This document shows positions 1-8,145 of a stretch of 64,000 bases of DNA, in pieces; the stretch's first letter is position 1; each line of letters starts with the position of its first letter. This DNA is from Desulfobacterales bacterium (GTDB lineage Bacteria; Desulfobacterota; Desulfobacteria; Desulfobacterales; UBA2174): assembly GCA_963668645.2 (NCBI GenBank), contig CAXXWC010000021.1, positions 416,001 to 480,000 on the forward strand, read 5' to 3'. Under the pieces are notes generated by a model. It was given only the letters and a program-made list of their open reading frames with translations. It did not search any database and was not told where the DNA came from. The translations under genes and the position numbers were made by a program.

Positions 1-467
1 GCCGCATCGAAGAGCGCAAGATCTGGACCACCACCGAACTCAACGAGTTTCTCGACTTTCCTCACGTCCAACAAGCTTTTGTCATCGAACGCCGATGCAC
101 GGACAAAAAAAGCGGCAAACAATCATTTGAGATTGCTTACGGTATCACCAGTAGACCTGCCGAGCAGGCCGACGCCCGATGCCTGCTGGCCATAAACCGC
201 GGCCATTGGTGCATCGAAAACAAATGCCATTACATCATCGACTGGAACTTCGACGAAGACCGCAGCCGTATCCGCAAAGGCCACGGGCCTGAAAATATCA
301 CCCGGTTGCGCCGCTTTGCCGTAAGCGCAATTAAATCCAAAGGTGTGCGCAGCGTGGCGCAAAAAATGCGCCAACTGGCTCGCAACGTCCGCTTGGTCTT
401 CGACTATCTGGCCATGACTGACAACTGCCGGCCGACCGCAACACGGGCATAGAACAAATTCACCGTG
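1..467 (+). mobile_element. Right end of an ISAs1-family insertion sequence
   Basis: Transposase C-terminus stops at 452, followed by ...GAACAAATTCACCGTG (about 467), after which the interrupted minus-strand gene resumes; exact IS end is estimated. Confidence 0.75.
3..452 (+). CDS. ISAs1-family transposase, C-terminal part (5' end outside the window)
   Basis: Manual translation of frame 3: RIEERKIW...YGITS...NRGHWCIENKCHYIIDWNFDEDRSRIRKGHGPENITRLRRFA, matching ISAs1 GRIE / RxHWxIEN / DxxFxED motifs; absent from the ORF track because it lacks a start. Confidence 0.9.
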   Translation, partial: RIEERKIWTTTELNEFLDFPHVQQAFVIERRCTDKKSGKQSFEIAYGITSRPAEQADARCLLAINRGHWCIENKCHYIIDWNFDEDRSRIRKGHGPENITRLRRFAVSAIKSKGVRSVAQKMRQLARNVRLVFDYLAMTDNCRPTATRA

Positions 468-947
468 GCGCCATATCATGGATACGTTGACATTGGGGTC
501 ATTTTCGATTACGTTGATCAACTTTTTGGTGCTTCGAATACGAGTTTGTCTGCCCTTCCCAGAATTGCTTCTATCATGAAAACCAGGGTCCTTAGTAATA
601 TAGCCTTGTTTTTCAAGATGCTCTATCACAGCTCTCATCGCACGGTAACTATGCCAATTAGGCGAATAGCGTAATTTGCTTTGATAGGTTTTACTGTTAA
701 GAGATAAATGCAGATACATTGTTGAGTCGCATTTATAGGCCACGTACAGGTCAAAAATGACAGCCCGAAGAGTTTTCTCAAGCGGAAAGGCGTTTTTCCT
801 GTTTTCAAGTCCAGCGGTACGCATTTCAGCAAGTATGCTTGAAAGGGCCGATAATACTTCAAGCGCCGAACTATCACGCCTCAAGTCCAATGCTCTTGAG
901 TTATCCAATTCTGTTGCTCGCTGTACGTCCTTTGGGATTGGTGGCAT
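468..947 (-). pseudogene. N-terminal part of an island hypothetical gene interrupted by ISAs1
   Basis: ORF 123..947 is AT-rich and protein-like to ...NVNVSMIW, then reads into the antisense of the transposase. Confidence 0.65.
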
Positions 948-1021
948 ATTGGTTGTGCTCCTACGAGAAAATTAATTAGTGCCTATCGATTCCGAAAAGC
1001 AGATAACTCCACCCGAGACGG

Positions 1022-1615
1022 TCACAGCACGTTTTCATACACTCCCCGTATCTCATCGGGCTGGATGCAAAGATAGTCCAGCGTTTGACGCTGGGTACTG
1101 TGATTGAAGCAAACCATTAGCGTGGGAATGTCCGTTCCGAAGGTGACCCGCTGATGGTAACCCCAAGTCTTCCGCAGGGTATGGCTTCCGAAATTGCCCT
1201 GAAGGTTGATAGCCCGGCACCAGCTTTTGACCAAGCGATTGATCGAGGGGACCGTCAACGGCCCTCTCTGCCCTTTGAAGAGACTGTCCTTGTCCTGGTA
1301 TGGCCTTGAGTCTAAAAGGGCCGTTATGGCGTCCGTGCAGGCTTTGTTAAGGGTAATCCGCCGCAGCTTGCCGGTCTTCTTTTCCTTCATTTCCAATTCA
1401 TCCCCAGCACTCAACCCCCGAACCATGCCCGCAGTAATCCGAAGCAGGTCACTTGCCCGCAGGTTCGTGTTGATTCCCACGGTGAACAGGGCCAAGTCCC
1501 TGGGATTGTCGGCCAGCATTTTCTTGATAGCCACAATGTCCTTCTTGGACTTGATCGGATCTACCTTAATTGTGCTGCCCGTCTTCGGCCTGTTGTCGTT
1601 GTGTCCCTTCCTCAT
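1022..1615 (-). CDS. Small tyrosine recombinase (catalytic domain only)
   Basis: RDLALFTVGINTNLRASDLL (R), KEKKTGK (K), HTLRKTWGY (HxLR), FNHS (H), TLDY (Y). Confidence 0.9.
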   Translation of the reverse strand: MRKGHNDNRPKTGSTIKVDPIKSKKDIVAIKKMLADNPRDLALFTVGINTNLRASDLLRITAGMVRGLSAGDELEMKEKKTGKLRRITLNKACTDAITALLDSRPYQDKDSLFKGQRGPLTVPSINRLVKSWCRAINLQGNFGSHTLRKTWGYHQRVTFGTDIPTLMVCFNHSTQRQTLDYLCIQPDEIRGVYENVL

Positions 1616-1844
1616 AGAATTGCCCCTTTCAGCAATGGTTGTTTTATGGCAGAATGATCAAAACTTAACATGCTGTCAAGCAGAAAAATGCAAGGCAAGG
1701 GGCAAAACCACCTTAACTCCCGACCCTAACAGGGTATTTGATCAATCGTGACTGGTTAAGAAATAGGCATAAGTTAACGAGGCGATGGAAGCTGTTGACA
1801 GCCAAACGGCCTTGGCGCTACCAGTCATTCGGGAGGATGGAACA

Positions 1845-2054
1845 ATGGAACAGAAAGAAGATCCCCGGTTGACGTTCGAAGACGTTTTGAAGCTGCTCGG
1901 AGTCGAAGAGCTGCCCTTTCCGGTGACACCGGCCCTCAAGGGGCTGGCTATTCGGGGGATGCAGGACATGCTGAAGAGGAACGGCGAGGACTGGGTGAAG
2001 CGGAACCGGCGGATGCTGATAGACAGCCTGGAACACGTGGCAACCCTCATGTAA
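1845..2054 (+). CDS. Small hypothetical protein (69 aa)
   Basis: GGGAGG SD before ATG at 1845; MEQKEDPRLTFEDVLKLLG... Confidence 0.6.
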   Translation: MEQKEDPRLTFEDVLKLLGVEELPFPVTPALKGLAIRGMQDMLKRNGEDWVKRNRRMLIDSLEHVATLM

Positions 2055-2156
2055 TCCCCCTGGGGGGGGGCTTCCTGTCACAAGAAAAAGTCTATTTGGC
2101 CCCCGGCCTATCCAGTATTAGGGGGTGGTACCCGCGCAACGGGGCTAAAATCCAGG

Positions 2157-2184
2157 TTGACAAGGCGCCTTATTTTTTTATATT
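2157..2184 (+). promoter_or_regulatory. Putative sigma70 promoter for the island cargo genes
   Basis: TTGACA (2157-2162), 16 nt, TATATT (2179-2184). Confidence 0.45.
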
Positions 2185-2282
2185 TTTTTAATGCAAAAAT
2201 CAGATTTTAGTTAACATAAAACATCGGAGGACCGATGGACTGCGACCAAGAAGCCCCTTCTATCTGAAAAGGAGATAATTGG

Positions 2283-3203
2283 ATGGAGCCATGTCCGTTC
2301 TGCAAGGAGAATATTCAATGCAGTGGTTTGGGAACAAGAGACACTTATTCAGTAGATTGTCCTCGTTGCGGAAATTATCTTCTCACAAGAAAAGCATTGA
2401 TTAATTTGAATAGCACACCTCTTAGTAACAGACAAAGAGCAAATATTTCTGGTTGGCTATCCGAAAATCAGTCTTGGAAAATTACGACAGAGAACATAGA
2501 TTGGTTTAGTGAAATTCCTACTCCAAGCTTTCATGAAAGATCCAACAAAATATTACTTGGATTAGAACGTAAAACAGAATTTGCTGGTCAATATGCCCAG
2601 CGCGATATTTCATGGATTAGCATTGGATGGTGTATCAATGAAAATGAACTTAATGAACTTCTTGAATATTTAGAATCAGGGAAATATATTCAAAAATGGA
2701 CACAAGTGGTTACCGATATGGGCTTTTCTTTTTCTTATAAAATATTGCCAAATGGGTGGGCTAAATTAGATGACCTAAAACGGATAGGTGCTGACAGCAA
2801 TCAATGTTTTGTTGCTATGTGGTTCGATGACAAAATGCAATCTATTTATGACCAAACGATTGCAAGAGCTATATTGGATGCGGGTTATAAGCCACACAGG
2901 GTAGATCAAAGAGAATACAACGATAAGATTGATGATGAAATAATCGCTCAGATTAGGCGCAGTCGTTTTATAGTGGCTGATTTTACAGGGCAAAGAGGAG
3001 GTGTATATTATGAGGCGGGTTTTGCAAAAGGTCTTGGTTTGGAGGTAATATGGACTTGTATAAAAGATGAAGAGAAAAAGTTGCATTTTGATATACGACA
3101 ATATAATTGCATTTTTTGGGAGAAAGATAAACTTCCAGATTTTCAAACGAGGCTTCAGAACCGCATAGAACGGGTTTTTGGTCAGGGTACTTATACCCAA
3201 TAG
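2283..3203 (+). CDS. Zn-ribbon protein with C-terminal nucleoside 2-deoxyribosyltransferase/TIR-like domain
   Basis: CPFC...CPRC; CFVAMWF, HRVD, IDDEIIAQIRRSRFIVADFTGQRGGVYYEAGFAKGLG, LHFDIRQYN; AGGAG SD. Confidence 0.8.
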   Translation: MEPCPFCKENIQCSGLGTRDTYSVDCPRCGNYLLTRKALINLNSTPLSNRQRANISGWLSENQSWKITTENIDWFSEIPTPSFHERSNKILLGLERKTEFAGQYAQRDISWISIGWCINENELNELLEYLESGKYIQKWTQVVTDMGFSFSYKILPNGWAKLDDLKRIGADSNQCFVAMWFDDKMQSIYDQTIARAILDAGYKPHRVDQREYNDKIDDEIIAQIRRSRFIVADFTGQRGGVYYEAGFAKGLGLEVIWTCIKDEEKKLHFDIRQYNCIFWEKDKLPDFQTRLQNRIERVFGQGTYTQ

Positions 3204-3272
3204 TCGGAAACTGTGCATTAAACTATGTGTTGAACAATATTTCACACAAAGTGATATAACAGAAAGGATCAA

Positions 3273-3551
3273 ATGCAAAAATCGCTAAAATCCATTACCT
3301 TCATGTTGCTTCTGCTTTTTATACCTGCTTGCCTTTTTGCTCAAGAATATACTGCAAAAGTAGTCGGTGTGTCCGATGGTGACACAATTACAGCTTTAAA
3401 AAATGGTTCTGAGCAAATCAAAATTAGACTCGCCGAAATTGATTGCCCTAAAAGGGGACAAGACTTTTCAAATGTTGCAAAGAAATTTGTATCGGATTTA
3501 TCATTCGGAAAAGAGGTTAGGATTATTCCATCTATCACAGTAAGGATATAA
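3273..3551 (+). pseudogene. Truncated thermonuclease (SNase family) with signal peptide
   Basis: KVVGVSDGDTI...KIRLAEIDCPK.GQ; stops before the DRYGR motif; the usual IDxPE glutamate is K. Confidence 0.75.
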
Positions 3552-3689
3552 GGGGGCCTAATGTCAACTGATGCCAGTCTTATCTCATACGTTCAACGAG
3601 CTATCAATTCGGGTACAACAAAAATTGTTCTGCCTTTATTCCTTAACAATCTTAAAGGCAAACTCTTCTAAACCCACTTTGGAATAAAT

Positions 3690-4763
3690 ATGAAACGTCA
3701 TATGACAGACGAAAATCAATTGAAGCTTCTTAGAATGTTTGATGAATTTTCTCGTACTGAAGGATTGTCTCTAAAGGAAGAATCAACTCACAAAAAGTTC
3801 GCTACTCGTGTGTTGCAAACTATTAAACGACATGGAGAAACGCCAACATTAATTTACGGCTTCCGCATAGAATCCATGTTCGCATACATAGCTGCCGCTC
3901 TTGGAGAATCGAGAATTTTAACTGAAGAAGATTCTGGGGAATTTTTTAGCCTGGATGAAAACATTAGACGCCCTGATTTTAGATTGATTACAAAATCAGG
4001 AGAAGAATATCTAATTGAAGTTAAGAATTTTCATCCTAAAGATCCTCTTAGCCTATATAAATTAAAATCAAAATATTTAAATAGTCTTTCAAATTATGCA
4101 GATCTTTCTAAAGTTCCATTGAAAATAGCTCTGTATTGGTCAAGATGGAAATTGTGGACACTAATCGACTCGAAGTATTTTAATCGATATAAATCAGATT
4201 TTTGCATCTCTATTTCGGATGCCCTGGTCCGAAATGAAATGTCAAAAATTGGTGATTGCATGATAGGAACCATTCCGCCCCTATCCTGTCGTGTATATGC
4301 TGACCCAGAAAAACCACGGAATTTGAATCCGAATGGGAAAGTACATTTTATAATAAAAAAAGCATCAATTTATTCAAATGGGGCAGAAATAACTGACAAA
4401 TTCGAGAAAAAATTAGCTTGGTTTTTATTTTTACACGGTAAATGGGATGAGGTGAAAGAAAATTCACATATGGATAATAACTTGCTTGATTATACTGAAT
4501 TATCTGTTTCGCCAAAGCAGTGGGATAAGAATCAAGGTTTCGCAATGGTTGGTTTTTTAAGTGAAATGATTAGTTCCCAGTATAATCTCCTTACATCATC
4601 GGAAGGAAAAATCCATATGCTATCACCAAATTTACAGCCAACCGAAATGGGGATATTGATTCCAGAGAATCATAAATGTGGTGTTTTAAAATTATGGAGA
4701 TTTTCAGTTCAGCCAAACTACAATGATATAAAAGAAAGAGAGGCTAAAATCCTACCAGATTAG
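3690..4763 (+). CDS. PD-(D/E)XK nuclease-like protein
   Basis: RRPDFRLITKSGEEYLIEVKNFH motif with upstream ESMF helix; AT-rich island gene. Confidence 0.65.
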   Translation: MKRHMTDENQLKLLRMFDEFSRTEGLSLKEESTHKKFATRVLQTIKRHGETPTLIYGFRIESMFAYIAAALGESRILTEEDSGEFFSLDENIRRPDFRLITKSGEEYLIEVKNFHPKDPLSLYKLKSKYLNSLSNYADLSKVPLKIALYWSRWKLWTLIDSKYFNRYKSDFCISISDALVRNEMSKIGDCMIGTIPPLSCRVYADPEKPRNLNPNGKVHFIIKKASIYSNGAEITDKFEKKLAWFLFLHGKWDEVKENSHMDNNLLDYTELSVSPKQWDKNQGFAMVGFLSEMISSQYNLLTSSEGKIHMLSPNLQPTEMGILIPENHKCGVLKLWRFSVQPNYNDIKEREAKILPD

Positions 4764-5036
4764 GCTTGTTTTTACTCTTTTACTCTTACAGTATACAAGT
4801 GGAAACATTATCTTTTAAAAGATGATACAAAGATACTCTATGCCTAAGGTAAAAGAAATAAAGGACAACAAGTCTATGACCGAGCAATCGAAGCAGGAAA
4901 CGCTCACTGAAGCGGACAAGGATTGACCGGATAGTCCCCAGCTACTGCTAAAACGGCCTGCTACGCGAAAAGTAATCCGGCTTGCGGTGGATAGCCTTGC
5001 CAATTTCACGTAGCGGTCCAAAATGAAAACCTTCGT

Positions 5037-6860
5037 TTATTTGGGCACTACCCAGCGACTATTCCGAAGGTGCGAAAGATCAAGGTCATACTTCAGTTTG
5101 AGAATACCTTCATTGTAAAGGGCAGGAATACCGTATGGCTTCCCGTAACGACTAAGACTTTCCCCCTGAAGTACATGCCCCGTTAGTTCATCAATCAATT
5201 CGCCGCTTATCAATTGTTGTTTTAGATTATCTGAAAATGTGTGTCTGAATGAGTGAAAAGACTTTTTTCGATCCGATATTCCATATCTTTCCTTATATCT
5301 CTTAAACCACTTTCCAATCGAATGCCCCCATCTGTCGCTGACGTAACTAAGTTCATGCCAAATTCTTTCATGGCCTTCTGAACGGATCTTTTCCACAAAC
5401 CCGGGAAAGTTAAGTTCATCCACGATAAAAGGATGCAGTGGAATTGATCGGTATCCCGAAGCTGTCTTGATTCGTTTGCCGTCGTCGTCTTCCGATGCTG
5501 TTATGTCAAGGAACCATATTTCATCATCTGTCTTCTTTAGATCTTCCACCAGAAGCTGGCATAGTTCTTCGAGTCTGGCGCCAGTATACAGGGCAAGAAT
5601 AGGCACCCAAAAATTTGATGCCTTAATGTGCTTGTCTTTCGTGTATTCTTTCGAATTGAAAAGAGCAAACAAATCTTCAGGTGAAAAAATATCTCGTACT
5701 GTAGACGCGGGTGGTTTCTTTACATTGATGGTTAACCTTACAGCAGGGTTTTCTTTAATATGATCCATCGAAACACAAAAATTCAGTAACGTGCTAAGAA
5801 ACGATATGTATTTATTCGTGTTCCCAATTGATATTGTCTCCTTGTACTTTCCCTGGACAATTTCCGAAAGACCTATGCCAGCATATTTTGGCTTTTTTCT
5901 CATGGCGTCTTGAAAATAATCCTTGGGCAATTTTAGGAGTGTCTCTCGTAATTCAATACAAATCTTCTTATTCAATAAATGGATAGACAATGGTGTACTA
6001 TTTGTAATTAAAGACAACAACCTTGATACATTCTTCAATACACTTTGATATTCCGTTATCGCTCTTGGTGCTGAATTACGTCGTGTGCAGTCGGAAAGAT
6101 ACTCTTCAATAACCTCATCCAAAAATGGGCCTTGATCTTTTGGCTCAGTTTTCGCCTCTGGAATTTGATAAACTTGAGTCTCTTGGAATTGTAGCCTTTG
6201 AAGCTTTCTGAAAAATTCAACCGAACCGGGTTCGGTCCCAAAAAAGTAATCCTCGTTGCCGCGGGAATAGTCCCCGTTGGCTCTGTCAATTTCACATTCA
6301 AAGAATATGACCAGTTGTTTTAGAAGTTCTCTCTGCAATTTGCGATAGGTGGGAGAACCTTCAATCGGGGGGATTGTAAATATACTTTTCACCTTGGAAA
6401 ACCAACCTATCAGTACTGATATGGAATGATAATCACAACGGGCAAGTTGATCTTTCGCCCGGTCACGTTGTTCGGCTAATCTTATTTTCTTTTTTTCAAG
6501 TTCAGCAGGAGACAAGGGCTTTTCAGCGTTCACCTTATCTTCTTCGGCAGTATCAAGAAAACGAAGCATCATTTTTTTCGCGGCGCACTGAATCTCCTCA
6601 TCTGTCATAGAGTCGGTATACAGCCCAAAGCCTACTTCGGTCATCTCCTCATGCCCCCTCATTTTTCGGAATAGTTCCTGATACTCTCCTGCCAGCAACC
6701 GGGCTTTGGACTTGGCCAGTCCGATTCGGCCCGTCTTCAGGGACCGACGAATTTCCTTTTTACCGATTGCTAACTGAAGGTCAAGGGGAACACGCAACCT
6801 GAAGCACCAAGAGTAATTATTACGGATAAGATAATGGGGGCCGCCGTGAGGGTGGGCCAT
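5037..6860 (-). CDS. Site-specific integrase (N-terminal DUF6538-like arm domain plus tyrosine recombinase)
   Basis: FRLRVPLDLQLAIGKKEIRRSLKT N-domain; LYTGARLEELCQL, IKT, FHSFRHTF, LTGH, SRY catalytic residues; adjacent to tRNA. Confidence 0.92.
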   Translation of the reverse strand: MAHPHGGPHYLIRNNYSWCFRLRVPLDLQLAIGKKEIRRSLKTGRIGLAKSKARLLAGEYQELFRKMRGHEEMTEVGFGLYTDSMTDEEIQCAAKKMMLRFLDTAEEDKVNAEKPLSPAELEKKKIRLAEQRDRAKDQLARCDYHSISVLIGWFSKVKSIFTIPPIEGSPTYRKLQRELLKQLVIFFECEIDRANGDYSRGNEDYFFGTEPGSVEFFRKLQRLQFQETQVYQIPEAKTEPKDQGPFLDEVIEEYLSDCTRRNSAPRAITEYQSVLKNVSRLLSLITNSTPLSIHLLNKKICIELRETLLKLPKDYFQDAMRKKPKYAGIGLSEIVQGKYKETISIGNTNKYISFLSTLLNFCVSMDHIKENPAVRLTINVKKPPASTVRDIFSPEDLFALFNSKEYTKDKHIKASNFWVPILALYTGARLEELCQLLVEDLKKTDDEIWFLDITASEDDDGKRIKTASGYRSIPLHPFIVDELNFPGFVEKIRSEGHERIWHELSYVSDRWGHSIGKWFKRYKERYGISDRKKSFHSFRHTFSDNLKQQLISGELIDELTGHVLQGESLSRYGKPYGIPALYNEGILKLKYDLDLSHLRNSRWVVPK

Positions 6861-6884
6861 CGTCAGGCCCCCTCTGCGATCAAA

Positions 6885-6907
6885 TGTGTGTAAGGCTTGT
6901 GTGTAAG
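6885..6907. repeat. Direct repeat TGTGTGTAAG x2, candidate integrase arm-type sites
   Basis: Exact 10-bp copies at 6885-6894 and 6898-6907, between integrase start and tRNA. Confidence 0.55.
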
Positions 6908-6941
6908 TGGGTGACCCGGGGAAAATTCAGGACTTTTGCTG

Positions 6942-6977
6942 AAAAAACAAAAGCCTACCCCTCTTCGAGGTAGGCTT
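6942..6977 (-). terminator. Intrinsic terminator downstream of tRNA-Leu
   Basis: Stem AAGCCTACC/GGTAGGCTT followed on the minus strand by a U-rich tract. Confidence 0.75.
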
Positions 6978-6986
6978 GTTTTCGTT

Positions 6987-7073
6987 TGGTGCCGAAGGGG
7001 AGACTCGAACTCCCACTACCGTACGGTAACTAGACCCTGAACCTAGCGCGTCTACCAGTTCCGCCACTTCGGC
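6987..7073 (-). tRNA. tRNA-Leu (anticodon CAG)
   Basis: Reverse complement GCCGAAGTGGCGGAACTGGTAGACGCGCTAGGTTCAGGGTCTAG...GGGAGTTCGAGTCTCCCCTTCGGCACCA: 87 nt, long variable arm, encoded CCA. Confidence 0.97.
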
Positions 7074-7128
7074 ACTTTCGGGTTTCTCTGCGCCGATAAA
7101 AAGCATTGATTTCGTGCAGAGGGTGCTT

Positions 7129-7157
7129 TATTTAGATTGTTTTACGTTGGCTGTCAA
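7129..7157 (-). promoter_or_regulatory. Sigma70 promoter of tRNA-Leu
   Basis: Minus strand TTGACA-N17-TAAATA. Confidence 0.6.
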
Positions 7158-7196
7158 GAAAATTCATGGGGCAAGAAATTTTTTGTGAATTCAAAG

Positions 7197-8141
7197 ATGC
7201 AGATTATAGAAGATCTTGAAAAAATAGACAAACCTTTCCATAACGCCGTCATGACGATCGGCAACTTCGACGGCGTACACATCGGCCACCAGGCCCTCTT
7301 TCACGAAGTGATCGAGCGCGCCGATGCCCTTGGCGGCACATCGCTGGCCATGACCTTCAACCCTCACCCCCTGCGCGTAGTCAAACCCAATGGCCATCCC
7401 CCCCTGATCACGATTTACCAGCAGAAGGTGGAGCTGATCGCCAGCGCCGGCATCGACGTGTTCATCGGCGTGCCTTTCACCCGTGAATTCGCCGCCATCC
7501 CGGCACGCAGCTTCATCACCGACCTGCTGGTGCGCCGCATCGGCATGCGGGCCATCGTGGTGGGCCAGGATTACACCTTCGGGCGCAATCGGGAAGGCAA
7601 CATCGACCTGCTGCGGGAAATGAGCGGCCCGCTGGGCTACGAGGTGGTGGTGGCCGACTGGATCCGCAGCCCCGGCGCAACCATTGACCGCATCTCATCG
7701 ACCCGGATCCGCGAACTGGTCCAGGTCGGGCAGATGGGCAAGGCCGAAAAGATGCTCGGGCGCCATTATCAGATCCGCGGAACGGTGGAGGTCGGCAGGC
7801 GGCGCGGCGCGGCCCTGCTCGGGTTTCCCACTGCCAACATCACCCTCCAGGACGAACTTTGCCCCGCCACCGGCGTCTATGCGGTTACCGTCGAGCTTGC
7901 CGGGGAGCTTTTCCCGGCCGTGGCCAACATCGGTTTCAGCCCCACTTTCGACGACCATGTCTTTACGGTGGAAGTTCACCTTCTCGATTTCAACCGCGAT
8001 ATTTACGGCCAAGCCATCCGGGTGAACTTCATCGAGCGCATCCGCGACGAAATCCGCTTTGCCAGCCTCAAGGACCTGTCCGATCAGATCCAGCGCGATG
8101 TCGAGACCGGCCGCAGGATCCTGGCCGCGGCGATCCCCTGA
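7197..8141 (+). CDS. ribF: Bifunctional riboflavin kinase / FAD synthetase
   Basis: IGNFDGVHIGHQ, VGQDYTFG, ISSTRIR, GFPTAN, VEVHLLDF. Confidence 0.95.
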   Translation: MQIIEDLEKIDKPFHNAVMTIGNFDGVHIGHQALFHEVIERADALGGTSLAMTFNPHPLRVVKPNGHPPLITIYQQKVELIASAGIDVFIGVPFTREFAAIPARSFITDLLVRRIGMRAIVVGQDYTFGRNREGNIDLLREMSGPLGYEVVVADWIRSPGATIDRISSTRIRELVQVGQMGKAEKMLGRHYQIRGTVEVGRRRGAALLGFPTANITLQDELCPATGVYAVTVELAGELFPAVANIGFSPTFDDHVFTVEVHLLDFNRDIYGQAIRVNFIERIRDEIRFASLKDLSDQIQRDVETGRRILAAAIP

Positions 8142-8145
8142 ACCG

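Larger units (their letters stand above)
1..6986. mobile_element. Right-hand part of an integrative element / genomic island inserted at the 3' end of tRNA-Leu(CAG); left end outside the window
   Basis: Visibly AT-rich versus the GC-rich backbone beyond 7.2 kb; integrase next to the tRNA 3' end; second recombinase, IS and orphan cargo genes. Confidence 0.85.

Noticed and set aside
123..467. C-terminal part of ORF 123..947 as real protein
   Set aside because: It is the antisense of the ISAs1 transposase; the ORF is a chimera created by the insertion
1641..2222. Invertible segment bounded by GTTTTATG / CATAAAAC
   Set aside because: Only 8-9 bp in AT-rich DNA, compatible with chance
2209..2236. 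Possible dif site (TTATGTTAACT on the minus strand resembles a XerD arm)
   Set aside because: No XerC-like arm at the 6-bp spacing
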